A stretch of 64,000 bases of DNA from an uncultured Candidatus Binatia bacterium (GTDB lineage Bacteria; Desulfobacterota; Binatia; Bin18), in contig OZ243961.1 in assembly GCA_965214605.1 (NCBI GenBank), positions 2,080,001 to 2,144,000 on the forward strand. The letters are read 5' to 3'. The notes beneath the pieces were generated by a model, which did no database searches, was not told the origin of the DNA, and saw only the letters and a list, made by a program, of their open reading frames with translations. A program made the position numbers and the translations under genes. Below, piece by piece: positions 10,283-20,000 of the stretch (its first letter is position 1; each line of letters starts with the position of its first letter).

Positions 10283-10637
10283 GCAATGGCCCTTATCCGC
10301 AAGAGCGGTCCACCATTCGGTGTGTGGCGCAACAGCTCCTCTGAAGCTCGGCAAACACATCGAATTCTCGATTCCGCTGCTGGCGCTTCAATTGTCGCCA
10401 GCAGCGTCTGCCGGAAAGTGGGCTTGATCCGAAGCTGCTCGTGCAGGCCCCATAACAGCTGTTATGGGCGACGGCGGCGGCCCCTTGAGCAGGTTGGATA
10501 AAAAGAGTTAAGACGCATACGCAAGGCGCCAGCCGAAGAGGGAGGAAGCGAGCGACCGGGAGCAACCGTCCGACGGGCGTAGGGCGTGACGCCCCTGACT
10601 GTCGGCAGCTAGGGTTAGAAGATTTTTCAGCAACCTG

Positions 10638-11255
10638 CTACGCTTGAGCTAGGACAGTCGCGACAAAACGATTCCCATATACACGCCCAGCCTGTGAAGC
10701 CGACAAGTACTGGACCACCAATATTCCGATATAGATGGAAGCGTCTCTCAGCGGCACAAGCCACAATACCAAAAAAGGTATAGCGGCCAACAGAAAAAGA
10801 GCACTGAATGCAGTGTAGTCGCGTGCGAGAAGAAATAGACGGTGCACATCCGCCACCTTCGGCACCTCTTGCACGGTCTTATAGAACTGATACCACTGCC
10901 GGTTTTGTTCTCCTGGATCAACCGGCAGTGGACCCAAACGCTCTACGACCATTTTTGGTTGCACTCGCGAATCCGAATGGAGGATCTCGGAAAAGGCACG
11001 TGTACCCGGTAGCGGATGTCTCCACCGCCAGAACACCAAACGCGCTTTGTTGTCCGCACTCACTAATCCGTTGATGATGTGGACGAGGAATGGCAATGCA
11101 GCTCCACCAACGATCTGTTCCAGATCTGCCCAAAGACTAGTCCAGCCTTGGGCGAGAATATCCTGGACTTTGAGCACGCCAATAAGTGCTACCGCGTTGA
11201 TGCTTAGAAAAATGGTATGGCCGAGCACGTTTTTTTCTTTAAGTGTCTTCGCCAT
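10638..11255 (-). CDS. Four-TM membrane protein, third gene of the MBL/E2-E1-JAB operon
   Basis: Four hydrophobic segments around a soluble loop (FWRWRHPLPGTRAFS...QNRQWYQFYK); starts 14 nt after the E2-E1-JAB stop. Confidence 0.75.
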   Translation of the reverse strand: MAKTLKEKNVLGHTIFLSINAVALIGVLKVQDILAQGWTSLWADLEQIVGGAALPFLVHIINGLVSADNKARLVFWRWRHPLPGTRAFSEILHSDSRVQPKMVVERLGPLPVDPGEQNRQWYQFYKTVQEVPKVADVHRLFLLARDYTAFSALFLLAAIPFLVLWLVPLRDASIYIGILVVQYLSASQAGRVYGNRFVATVLAQA

Positions 11256-11269
11256 GACAAAAGAACCTT

Positions 11270-13579
11270 CTAGTCTCCCTCTGGACGGGCATCTGCACTA
11301 TCAGCAAGAATCGCGTGGAAATCAGCCGGCGCCCATATCAGAAGAACCGATGGTGTGAGACGTGCCAAGGAGACTGCTCTCGCGGTCGCCTGATCTGTCC
11401 CAGAAGGGCCGCTTGCGGAAAGATGGCTGTGCCAGGTTCCCAAGCAGTAGAGTGACCATCCTACGGCCTCCGAGTATGTCTTCATCTGTTGGCGCAATCC
11501 CTTTGTCCCAAGGATAAATCCGCTCGCTGAGCGCTTGCTATCCTCCGGCGCGTCCAACACGTCGACGATATGAGCGACTTGGGATGCCTCCGAAACCCTG
11601 CCCATCAGCACGCCCCCGGTCTCAACCTTTGCCCAGCGCGTGGCCGCCTTCCGAATCTTTGCCACAGCACGTGCATGAACGTGAATACGCCATGATGCAC
11701 TGTTCGTCGTCGGAACAACAGTCACAGGTGGAATCTTATGGGGGCGCCATGTCAGTCCACAACCATCTTCAGACAGCCGGCCGATAAGTACCTCCCCTCC
11801 ATCGGGCGACAACCCTTCACGCTGCCGGGTCAACAAATATTGAGCCATAGCGGCTGCGAACAGGGACAGCTGTCCGTCCGACATCACCATGGTCAGAGAG
11901 CCACAGCCTTGGCCGATGCTTTGCCGTGATACCGTCTCAGCGCCGTCGAAGACGATGGGAGCCACAGCTGAATCCTCTCGCAGGAGCGCATAATATTCAG
12001 CGATAAGATCGGCGGTGTTCGGATTCCGGCCTGGCCCTTCGGTGGTGATCATCCCGACACGGCCACCGGCAAAGAGCGATGTTTCAACGACTCGCGTGGG
12101 CATGAGACGAGTGGCAGCAAGAGCTTCACGAACGGCCAGGGATGCCGTGGCATTCACAACCGCCCAGGAACGCTTTGACCAGGCGCGTTTTGCTAGGGCT
12201 TTGGACGTGAGAACCTTTACAGCATTCTTCATGATCGGCGTCGCCTTCTGGTTCAGTCCTCGTAGTGACTCGCACAGACCCCGAGCCTTTGCATCTGCCC
12301 AGAGAAGTTGCATATCGCCCGGCGCCGGGATAAGCGCATGGCGCGCAGCGTTGTGTGGCATCATTGTCGATTTATCAAGAACGACTTCCGGACCTTGTCC
12401 AGCCCGCGCGAGATGAAGCGCCAGCTTCGAGCCCAGGCTACCGGCCCCGATAAGCGTCCAGCGTGGCCGTTTCGAGGTCGCCGCGCCCCCGCTCATTTGA
12501 GCAAGAAGGGGGCGTGTTATGGCATGACGATGTCCAGCTGGTCGAACCGCCGTTGCACTGCTATTGGGGAACAGATCAGGGAAACAAATGTTCATGATAT
12601 ACGGGCACAACTCGACGGGGCTCTGACTGCCAATAACGTTGAACGGCCGGCGGGCGAGGAGGATTATCGCCAGCGGAAACGGCCCCGCCTGTCGGTACTT
12701 TGACAGGCATTGCTTCAGCCAGTTGAGGCCGGCATTGAGTCCGTTTGCGCAGCCATACTGCGCCGCGCGTTCCTTCAAGTCATCGACACTGCTGACCGTT
12801 TCCGGGAGATAGATGTCACAGATAGCCTGTTCGCCTTTATCCGGCCGTACGACGAGCGCCAACGATTTACCGTGAGAGAGGCACGAGGTTCTGTCTCCCT
12901 GGCCTTCTCCAAAAAGATTTGCTACAGCAGCGCGATTGACCTTGAGCGTATTGACTGAAATCTGGCCGTGGATAAATTCTGAATGGCCGTTACCACCCAT
13001 CTTTAGGTAACGCAGTTCATGGAAACTGTGTCCACCTCTGCGGTTCACCAGCTGACGAAGGCCATCGGCGTCAGCGACGAGATAATCTTTGAGGGAATCG
13101 CGCCGGACAGGTTCCCACCCCTGTTCTGGATCAATGAGCGTGTCGGAAGCGGCACGCTCAAGCCAGACGGCAGTCTGGTCTAGGATGGCGGCCAGTCCTC
13201 CTTCGTGGAGCAATTCGTCCAGGCTTCCATCATAGATACAAGGAACGGGCCGGCCTTCCGTTAAGTATGGCTGTATGTGCGGCAGATTCCGGGGGAAGTC
13301 GGTGCGCAGCGAGAGGCCGGGCGGATACAGGGGGAAGTTGCTTGGGAAGTCAAAACGCACGACCTCTTTTTGCCTGACACCTAAAGGACTTTCCCCGCAT
13401 GGCTTCCACTCGCTCGGTAGATTGACGTTGAAGACCACATCAACGGTGGTAGTCCCATTTGCTTCATGAAGAGAAAGGTCTTCCACATCGGACACGGCGG
13501 GATGCTTGCACATCAAAGCTCGCGCGCGCAGGAGTGCTTTCCTGTGTCCGCGGTCAGAGGCCATCGTTATTTGTCTCAC
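11270..13579 (-). CDS. Prokaryotic E2 - E1(ThiF) - JAB peptidase fusion (Cap2-Cap3-like)
   Basis: E2: FPSNFPLYPP...PHIQP...PCIYDG. E1: IGAGSLGS, HNAARH, VNATAS, GQGCGS. JAB: ETGG, WHSH...PSGTD. GTG start overlaps the MBL stop. Confidence 0.88.
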   Translation of the reverse strand: MRQITMASDRGHRKALLRARALMCKHPAVSDVEDLSLHEANGTTTVDVVFNVNLPSEWKPCGESPLGVRQKEVVRFDFPSNFPLYPPGLSLRTDFPRNLPHIQPYLTEGRPVPCIYDGSLDELLHEGGLAAILDQTAVWLERAASDTLIDPEQGWEPVRRDSLKDYLVADADGLRQLVNRRGGHSFHELRYLKMGGNGHSEFIHGQISVNTLKVNRAAVANLFGEGQGDRTSCLSHGKSLALVVRPDKGEQAICDIYLPETVSSVDDLKERAAQYGCANGLNAGLNWLKQCLSKYRQAGPFPLAIILLARRPFNVIGSQSPVELCPYIMNICFPDLFPNSSATAVRPAGHRHAITRPLLAQMSGGAATSKRPRWTLIGAGSLGSKLALHLARAGQGPEVVLDKSTMMPHNAARHALIPAPGDMQLLWADAKARGLCESLRGLNQKATPIMKNAVKVLTSKALAKRAWSKRSWAVVNATASLAVREALAATRLMPTRVVETSLFAGGRVGMITTEGPGRNPNTADLIAEYYALLREDSAVAPIVFDGAETVSRQSIGQGCGSLTMVMSDGQLSLFAAAMAQYLLTRQREGLSPDGGEVLIGRLSEDGCGLTWRPHKIPPVTVVPTTNSASWRIHVHARAVAKIRKAATRWAKVETGGVLMGRVSEASQVAHIVDVLDAPEDSKRSASGFILGTKGLRQQMKTYSEAVGWSLYCLGTWHSHLSASGPSGTDQATARAVSLARLTPSVLLIWAPADFHAILADSADARPEGD

Positions 13580-14742
13580 CCGTGGGAAAGAGGCTGGCTG
13601 CTTATGATCCCTGGGCCGGAGGCAGCGCTCTTTCTCATAAGTGTCGTCCGTAGGCGTGGTCCATGCCCAGTGACCTCAAACTCCATGGCATCGGGCGACT
13701 CCTCCGACGGGTATTCACCGACACATTTGAACTCCCCGTGCACGCCGTCCACAATTTCTTCATACTCGCGCTTTGCGCCGATGCAAGGCGGATCGTTGTC
13801 GTCATCTTTGATGGGATTGCTGCTGGAGACGATTGTCGCTCCGTCTCGTGCTTGCGAGAGAGCAGCGCGTGCGTCCTCAGACACCTCGGCCTCTCCGTCC
13901 GATTCGCTCCAACTTTCATACGACAGACTGTGCCATGAGCAGTGGTGGGGTGCCTGGAGAATGTCATAGGACAGTCTCTTCGGGTACTCGCGATGACGCT
14001 GCCAGAGCCTCTCCCAGATGGCGACTTCGGTATCCCCTGCGGTAAAAAATATACACTTAGCGGCGATTCCATCCCCGGCTAGGGAAAACCGAAGGATCGT
14101 GCTCGAATTATTTTTCGATAACGTCTCTTCTTCATCGTCGTTATCTGTCTTGGGGAGTGGGCCAAGGAGTCGAGCCGTCATCGACGTATCCTTCTGACCG
14201 TTGATACGCGAGAACTCCTCATCCACACGGATCAGAATCTCTTCGAGATCGTCGGTCTTTCCATCCTCATCTTCGCCAAGAATAAGGATGCGGTCACCGT
14301 CTTCCACGGCTCCATTCATGTCGCGGAATTTCTTGACCCGGCGACGCGCTTCGCTATTGAACGCCTTGGCGTCTTTAGAGAGGGTATGGTGTCGTGAGGC
14401 ACGTCGAAACACCATCGGCGATGACCATAGCTCCCGAATGAAGATTTTATCCGCGTCCGCAGACCATTCGCCTAGTGGCCCGAGGTGAAAATGCTTTTGG
14501 AGCCCGGCGCAGTGGTCTTTATCAGGATGACTGAGAAGCAGGGCATCTACATACAGCCGTCCGTCGTCATCGCGGTCGAGGCGGTCTCGGAGCATTTCAG
14601 CGACATCCGGCGTATCATCGTCCAGATTGTCCGCATCGGCTCGAATGTTGAGGTCTAGCAGGAGCTTGCGGCCGGATTCCGTCTTAATGAGGGTCATATC
14701 GCCGTTGCCCACCGGAAGAAACGCCAGGGTTGCTTTAGCCAT
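13576..14742 (-). CDS. Metallo-beta-lactamase-fold (ComEC-like) hydrolase
   Basis: VGNGD, SHPDKDH, NNSS, AGD, APHHCSWHS motifs; GGAGAGGAG RBS before ATG 14742; ends ...PLSHG. Confidence 0.88.
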   Translation of the reverse strand: MAKATLAFLPVGNGDMTLIKTESGRKLLLDLNIRADADNLDDDTPDVAEMLRDRLDRDDDGRLYVDALLLSHPDKDHCAGLQKHFHLGPLGEWSADADKIFIRELWSSPMVFRRASRHHTLSKDAKAFNSEARRRVKKFRDMNGAVEDGDRILILGEDEDGKTDDLEEILIRVDEEFSRINGQKDTSMTARLLGPLPKTDNDDEEETLSKNNSSTILRFSLAGDGIAAKCIFFTAGDTEVAIWERLWQRHREYPKRLSYDILQAPHHCSWHSLSYESWSESDGEAEVSEDARAALSQARDGATIVSSSNPIKDDDNDPPCIGAKREYEEIVDGVHGEFKCVGEYPSEESPDAMEFEVTGHGPRLRTTLMRKSAASGPGIISSQPLSHG

Positions 14743-14767
14743 GATCTCTCCTCTCCACTTTGGTTTA

Positions 14768-14856
14768 TGACGGTCCGACCCTTGGCATTGCCGGACTCGC
14801 CATGCTAAGCATGACGGCATGATAGACCATCGTAAATATACCGTCAAGGTTAAAAT
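14768..14856. promoter_or_regulatory. Divergent promoter with TGACGG operator repeats
   Basis: Minus-strand TTGACG(14847-14842)-N17-TATCAT(14824-14819); TGACGG at 14768 and 14812, inverted CCGTCA at 14841. Confidence 0.6.
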
Positions 14857-14868
14857 GGCGATATCGAC

Positions 14869-15225
14869 ATGAAAAAGAACCCATCTACGGCTTTCAAAGA
14901 CCGTCTTCGGACGGCGCGCGATGAATTACGCGGCATGAGCCAAGTCGCACTCGCGAAAGCGACAGGCTTACCGCCAAGTTCGATTGCTCACTTCGAAGGA
15001 GGCACCCGCAAGCCTTCTTTCGACAACCTGCGCAAACTTGCCACCGTCTTGAATGTGACGACGGACTACTTGCTGGGTCGGATCGACGAGCCGGAGGTCG
15101 CCGCCACGGCCGATCCGCTCTACCGCTATGGGGCAAGGCTGACTGACAAAGACCGCTTACTCGCAGCGGAATTCATGCAGATGTTAGAAAAACTTGATCG
15201 CAAAGATCGAGAGACCAGCGAATGA
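14869..15225 (+). CDS. XRE-family HTH regulator (CapH-like)
   Basis: RLRTAR..RGMSQVALAKATGLPPSSIAHFEGGTRKPS...VTTDYLLG. Confidence 0.9.
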   Translation: MKKNPSTAFKDRLRTARDELRGMSQVALAKATGLPPSSIAHFEGGTRKPSFDNLRKLATVLNVTTDYLLGRIDEPEVAATADPLYRYGARLTDKDRLLAAEFMQMLEKLDRKDRETSE

Positions 15226-16118
15226 GCCAGAAGACCGAGCCGCGTGGATTTCTCCTGATGCGGCAGGCCAAGCGCCTTCTGAGGGATGAGGAGTTATTGC
15301 GTCTTCCCGTTGACCTCGAAAGCCTTGCCAGGACCCGCGATATTGTCATTGGACGGATGCCCGGCCCTAACACCGGTGTATCAGGGATGCTCGTTCGCCA
15401 CGGCAATACCTTCGGTATTCTGTATGCCACGGCCATTCCTAACGAAGGCTTCCAGCGTTTCAGTATTGCTCATGAGCTTGGCCACTTCTTTATTGACGGG
15501 CATATCGACCATATCCCGTTCGACGGGGCTCTGCACGAATCATACGCGGATTTCGTCTCCAACGATCCATACGAGCGTGAAGCAGACTATTTTGCTGCCG
15601 GCTTGCTCATGCCGGAAACTCCCGTATGCGGCATCATACGGGAGCAACCGGACGGGCTTTGCACCATTGAAGCCATCCAGCACGCAGCCCGGGCCTCTCT
15701 GACTGCCTCGGCCATCCGATACGTTGGACTGACAGAGAGTGCGACAGCCGTGATCGTTAGCCAGGGCGACAAGATTGACTACTGCTTCATGTCGAACACC
15801 CTGATGAAATCGTTCAGGGACCTCACCTGGCCTCGGAAGGGGGATCCAATCCCATCTGGAACGGTTACAGCGTCGATAGCACGGAAGCCGGATCAGTTGC
15901 GGCGCGACGCTCGGGACTCGGATGAAATCGACGCTATGGAATGGTTCGCCTGTGAACGATCCGTGCAAGCGCTTGAGGAGGTCGTAGGGCTCGGCAGCTA
16001 CGGTCGAGTTCTCACGGTTCTCACCTGTCCTAACCTTTTAGACGATGCCTTTATGGAAGAAGAGGAGGACTCGGACGAAGCCTTGGAAGAAAGCTGGACT
16101 CCTCACTTTCGGCGTTAG
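15222..16118 (+). CDS. ImmA/IrrE-family (M78) metallopeptidase (CapP-like)
   Basis: RFSIAHELGH zinc motif, EREADYFAAGLLMP; ATGA overlap with the HTH gene. Confidence 0.9.
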   Translation: MSQKTEPRGFLLMRQAKRLLRDEELLRLPVDLESLARTRDIVIGRMPGPNTGVSGMLVRHGNTFGILYATAIPNEGFQRFSIAHELGHFFIDGHIDHIPFDGALHESYADFVSNDPYEREADYFAAGLLMPETPVCGIIREQPDGLCTIEAIQHAARASLTASAIRYVGLTESATAVIVSQGDKIDYCFMSNTLMKSFRDLTWPRKGDPIPSGTVTASIARKPDQLRRDARDSDEIDAMEWFACERSVQALEEVVGLGSYGRVLTVLTCPNLLDDAFMEEEEDSDEALEESWTPHFRR

Positions 16119-16563
16119 ATGCGTCCACGCTGGGGTTGCATAGCTCTGACGACCGTCTCCTCCTTCATCGGACGTAGCATATGCACGAAATAGATACCTA
16201 TAGTCCGTGGACGTAAGGTCATCATCTCTGATCTGCTAGAATCATGAACAAGAGTGTCGATGACGATATCAGAGTCGTCCCCTCCGCCTGCCTCCTGCAC
16301 TTGGTGTGGCCCTCCGTCGCTCCACGCCCCGCTCTGTCGGCGCGGGTCGGGGTCCGTCGGGGGATCGCGGCAGTCTGTCGGTGCGGGTCTGGCTCTGGCG
16401 GTACGGGTCGGCCAGTCAAAGCCCTGACCGCTTCCGCCCTCTGTCCCTGACTCCGCCCTCTGTCCCTCCTCCCGCAAGACTGCGCCGCCCTGGCAACCCG
16501 CGCCAAGCAGAGCTTGTCACGGGCCGCGCGGCAGGAGGCTTTCCACGTCGGGTGTCCCTTCGC

Positions 16564-16603
16564 TTTTTTTCCGGTCCGAGCCTGGGTGAGAACCGGGAAA
16601 AAA
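16564..16603 (+). promoter_or_regulatory. Conserved upstream hairpin, copy 2 (before HNH gene)
   Basis: TTTTTTTCCGGT-CCGAGCCTGGGTGAGA-ACCGGGAAAAAA; loop 12/16 identical to the ardC hairpin and at the same distance from ATG. Confidence 0.55.
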
Positions 16604-16637
16604 CGTCTTTCTTTTTTGCGCAGGAAAGGACCACGCC

Positions 16638-17066
16638 ATGAATCGCCACGGAATGAACTGGATACGCCGAGAAAAGCGGCTGGCGCTGCACCTGCGGGAT
16701 GGGCTGGTGTGTGTGTACTGCGGCGCGGCCGGCGAGGACGGCGGGCAGCTCACCCTGGACCATCTGCGGCCTGTCAGCAAGGGCGGAACTAACGACGCGA
16801 GCAACCTGGTCACGGCGTGCTAGCAGTGCAACAGCAGCCGGGGCACTCGCAGCGTCCGGGGCTTCTGCAGGGAGGTGTCAGGCTACCTGGAGCATGGCAT
16901 CAGCGCCGGTGAGATCGAGCAGCACGTTCGGCGCTGTGCCGCCCGGCAGACCGACGCCCAAGCCGCAAAGGCGCTGATCGGCGGAGCGGGGCGACTGGAC
17001 CCAATGCCTCACAATGTAAAAGCTAAATTGTATTGCATTGCGCTACACGATATAATACAAAATTAA
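16638..17066 (+). pseudogene. HNH endonuclease with premature stop
   Basis: RDGLVCVYCG...LDHLRPVSKGGTN..SNLVTAC*QCN; TAG at 16821-16823 interrupts CxxCN and the frame continues. Confidence 0.8.
17028..17060 (+). promoter_or_regulatory. Sigma70 promoter overlapped by an inverted repeat
   Basis: TTGTAT(17028)-N17-TATAAT(17051); TTGTATT...AATACAA inverted repeat spans both boxes. Confidence 0.6.
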
Positions 17067-17085
17067 GAAGGAAAGGAGCAAGATT

Positions 17086-20000
17086 GTGTCTAAAGAATCA
17101 GAAAACCCCGCACATCCCGGCATTTTCATCAAGGAGTATGTCATCCCAGCAGGTATGTCGGTGACGGACGCGGCAAAGAGGTTAGGCGTGGGCAGACCCG
17201 CCTTGTCGAACCTGCTGAACGGCAATTCGTCGCTGTCCCCCAAGATGGCCGTCAGATTAGAAAAATCGTTTGGGACCGACCGCCAGAACCTGCTTGATCG
17301 GCAGGCGGCGTTCGACCTCCATCAGCGGCGCGGGAAAGAGAAGACCGTTGCGGCTCATGCCTACGTTCCGGCTTTTCTGACTATCAAGGCCCGGCAGATA
17401 GAAGAGTGGGCGGAGAGGAACCTTGACGCTCGCCATACGCTGGCGGTGCTGCTGCGCAAGCTGGTTCATTCGACTGGCCACGACCTGCGTCAGGTTGATT
17501 TCCCGGGCTACGACAACGCAGAGCGTCAGGGTTGGGATGGCTGGATCAAGGCTGAGGCGGCCACGCCGTGGATTCCCGAAGGCAAATCCGGCTGGGAGTT
17601 TGGTACGAATAAGAATCCGAAAGGCAAGGCCGAGAGTGATTATGCGGCCCGCCTCACTTCCATTTCTCCGTCCGAGCGAGCCGCATGCACTTTCGTCTTT
17701 GTCACCCCACGCAAGTGGCTGGGCAAGACCGACTGGGCCAGAAGCAAAAACGCAGAAGGCGACTGGAAAGCGGTGAGGGCGTTCGACGCGAGCGACCTTG
17801 AGCAGTGGCTGGAAGAGGCGATTCCCGCGCAGATGTGGCTTGCCGAACAACTCACCATGCCAGTCAGTGGATTCGAGACGCTAGATCGGTCCTGGCGACG
17901 CTGGGAAGAGGCGAGCGAGCCGAAGATGACGCCCACAATATTCGAGCCTTCAATCAGTGCGTACCGCAAGCCTTTCAAAGACTGGCTCGAAAAATCGAGC
18001 GAAAAGCCATTCGTGGTCGCAGCCGATTCCACAGATGAGGCGCTCGCGTTTCTCGCATGTCTGTTCCAGGACTTCGCCACGCGTTCGGAAGACCTTGCTA
18101 CAGTGTTCAAGTCGGCTGAGACGTTGCGGAGCCTGGCAGATTCGTCGTCACCGTTCATTCCAATCGTCTACACCGAAGAAGCCGAACGCGAACTGGCAGT
18201 CCTCTATCGCCGTCTGCACTCCATCATCGTTTGTCCCCGCAATGCTGTTGATTCAAAGCCGGATATTGCTCTTGACCTGTTGAATCACGAGACCTTTGAG
18301 AAGGCCCTTGCCGAGATGGGCATCAAAGATGACGAGGCTGAACGACTTGCGAGAGAGTCGGGCCGCTCTCCGACCATTCTGCGGCGGCGACTCTCGAAGA
18401 TCGACGCTATCAGGAAGCCCCAATGGTCCGGGGATGCGCAGGTCGCCAAGAGCCTGATCCCGATGACCTTGATCGGTGCATGGCACGTCCCGTCCAAGGC
18501 TGATTGCGAGGTTATATCCTGCCTTGCGGCGGGCAGGCCCTATCAGGATACTGAAGAGTGCATTGCCCGTTTGCTCCAATTCGACGACTGTCCTATCTGG
18601 TCCGTCGGAGAGTATCGTGGCGTTGCCTCGAAAATCGACGCCCTCTTCGCGATCCACAAGGACGTGACTGGAGACAATCTCAAGGATTTCTTCTTTCTCG
18701 CTGAATATGTGCTTTCCGAGAGCGACCCGGCGCTTGATTTGCCGGAGGACCAGAGATGGGCCGCAGGACTATATGGGAAGGTGCGTGATTACTCGACCGC
18801 GCTACGTGAGGGCATCTGTGAAACCCTCGTCATCCTCTCTGTCCACGGCAACAATCTGTTCCAAGAGCGCCTCGGGATAGACGTCGAGGTCCGGGTCTCC
18901 TCACTCATCCGGGGGCTCCTGACACCGCTCACCCTCGACAAACTGCTCTCGCATGACAGAGACCTGCCACACTACGCAGAAGCAGCGCCGGACGTGTTCC
19001 TGAGATTGCTTGAGGAAGACCTGCGACAACCTCAGCCAGTCGTACTCGGTCTTTTAAAGCCCGTTGAAAGCAGCTTGTTCATGTCACTGCCACGAACAGG
19101 GCTCTTGTGGGGGCTGGAATGCCTTGCCTGGCAACACCTTGGGCGCGTGAGCTTGATACTCGCGAAGTTGTCGGAAACCGGTATCAACGACAACTGGGCC
19201 AACAAGCCGGTCTCGAGCCTTCATGCGACTTATTGGGCGCGGTTACCGCAAACCGCCGCTTCGCTCGAAGAGCGGATGCAGGCCCTTGAGATGCTGACCA
19301 AGCGGTTTCCGGATATCGGCTGGCGGATTTGTATTGATCAGTTCAAGGTTATTCCAGGGGTAGGACATTATAGCTACCGGCCGCGTTGGCGTAGTGACGC
19401 TTCGGGCGCCGGCCGGTCGATGCCGCCGCAGAAAGAACGCTACGACTTCATACGGAACGCGCTTAATCTAGCACTCGCATGGCCAGAGCACGACCAGAAG
19501 ACGCTTGGCGATCTTGTTGAGCGCCTCCCGGTAACCGAGGAAGGCCGACCTTCGGTTTGGGACTTGATCGATACATGGGCAGCTTCGGAAACCGATGAAA
19601 ATGCCAAAGCCAGCCTTCGTGAGCGGATTCGTCACATCTCGTTCACGCGGCGAGGGCGGCGACTGGAGGACACAACAAAAGCCCGGGCGCGCATGGCGTA
19701 CGAAAAGCTGCAACCGCGCGATCTCAGTGTCCGGCACGCTTGGCTCTTCGCCCAGCACCGGATTGAGCCTTCCGCCGACGAGCTTCAGGATGAGAACTTC
19801 GACTACTCCAAACACGAGGAGAGGATAGGCAAGCTTCGCGGCGCGGCGATGAAAGAGATATGGGCAAAACATGGGTTTAAAGGCGTGGCTGCGCTCCTGT
19901 CTCGCAGCGATGCACCTGATACCGCCGGATATGCTCTGGGGATGAGCATGACAGGTGCGAAGGCACAGGCTGATTTTTTGCGGCAATGCCTCTCCTCTGC

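Noticed and set aside
10638-14742. Canonical CBASS
   Set aside because: No CD-NTase motif in any ORF; an MBL occupies that position
17086-17330. HigBA toxin-antitoxin module
   Set aside because: No HigB ORF; the HTH is the N-terminus of a 1354-aa protein
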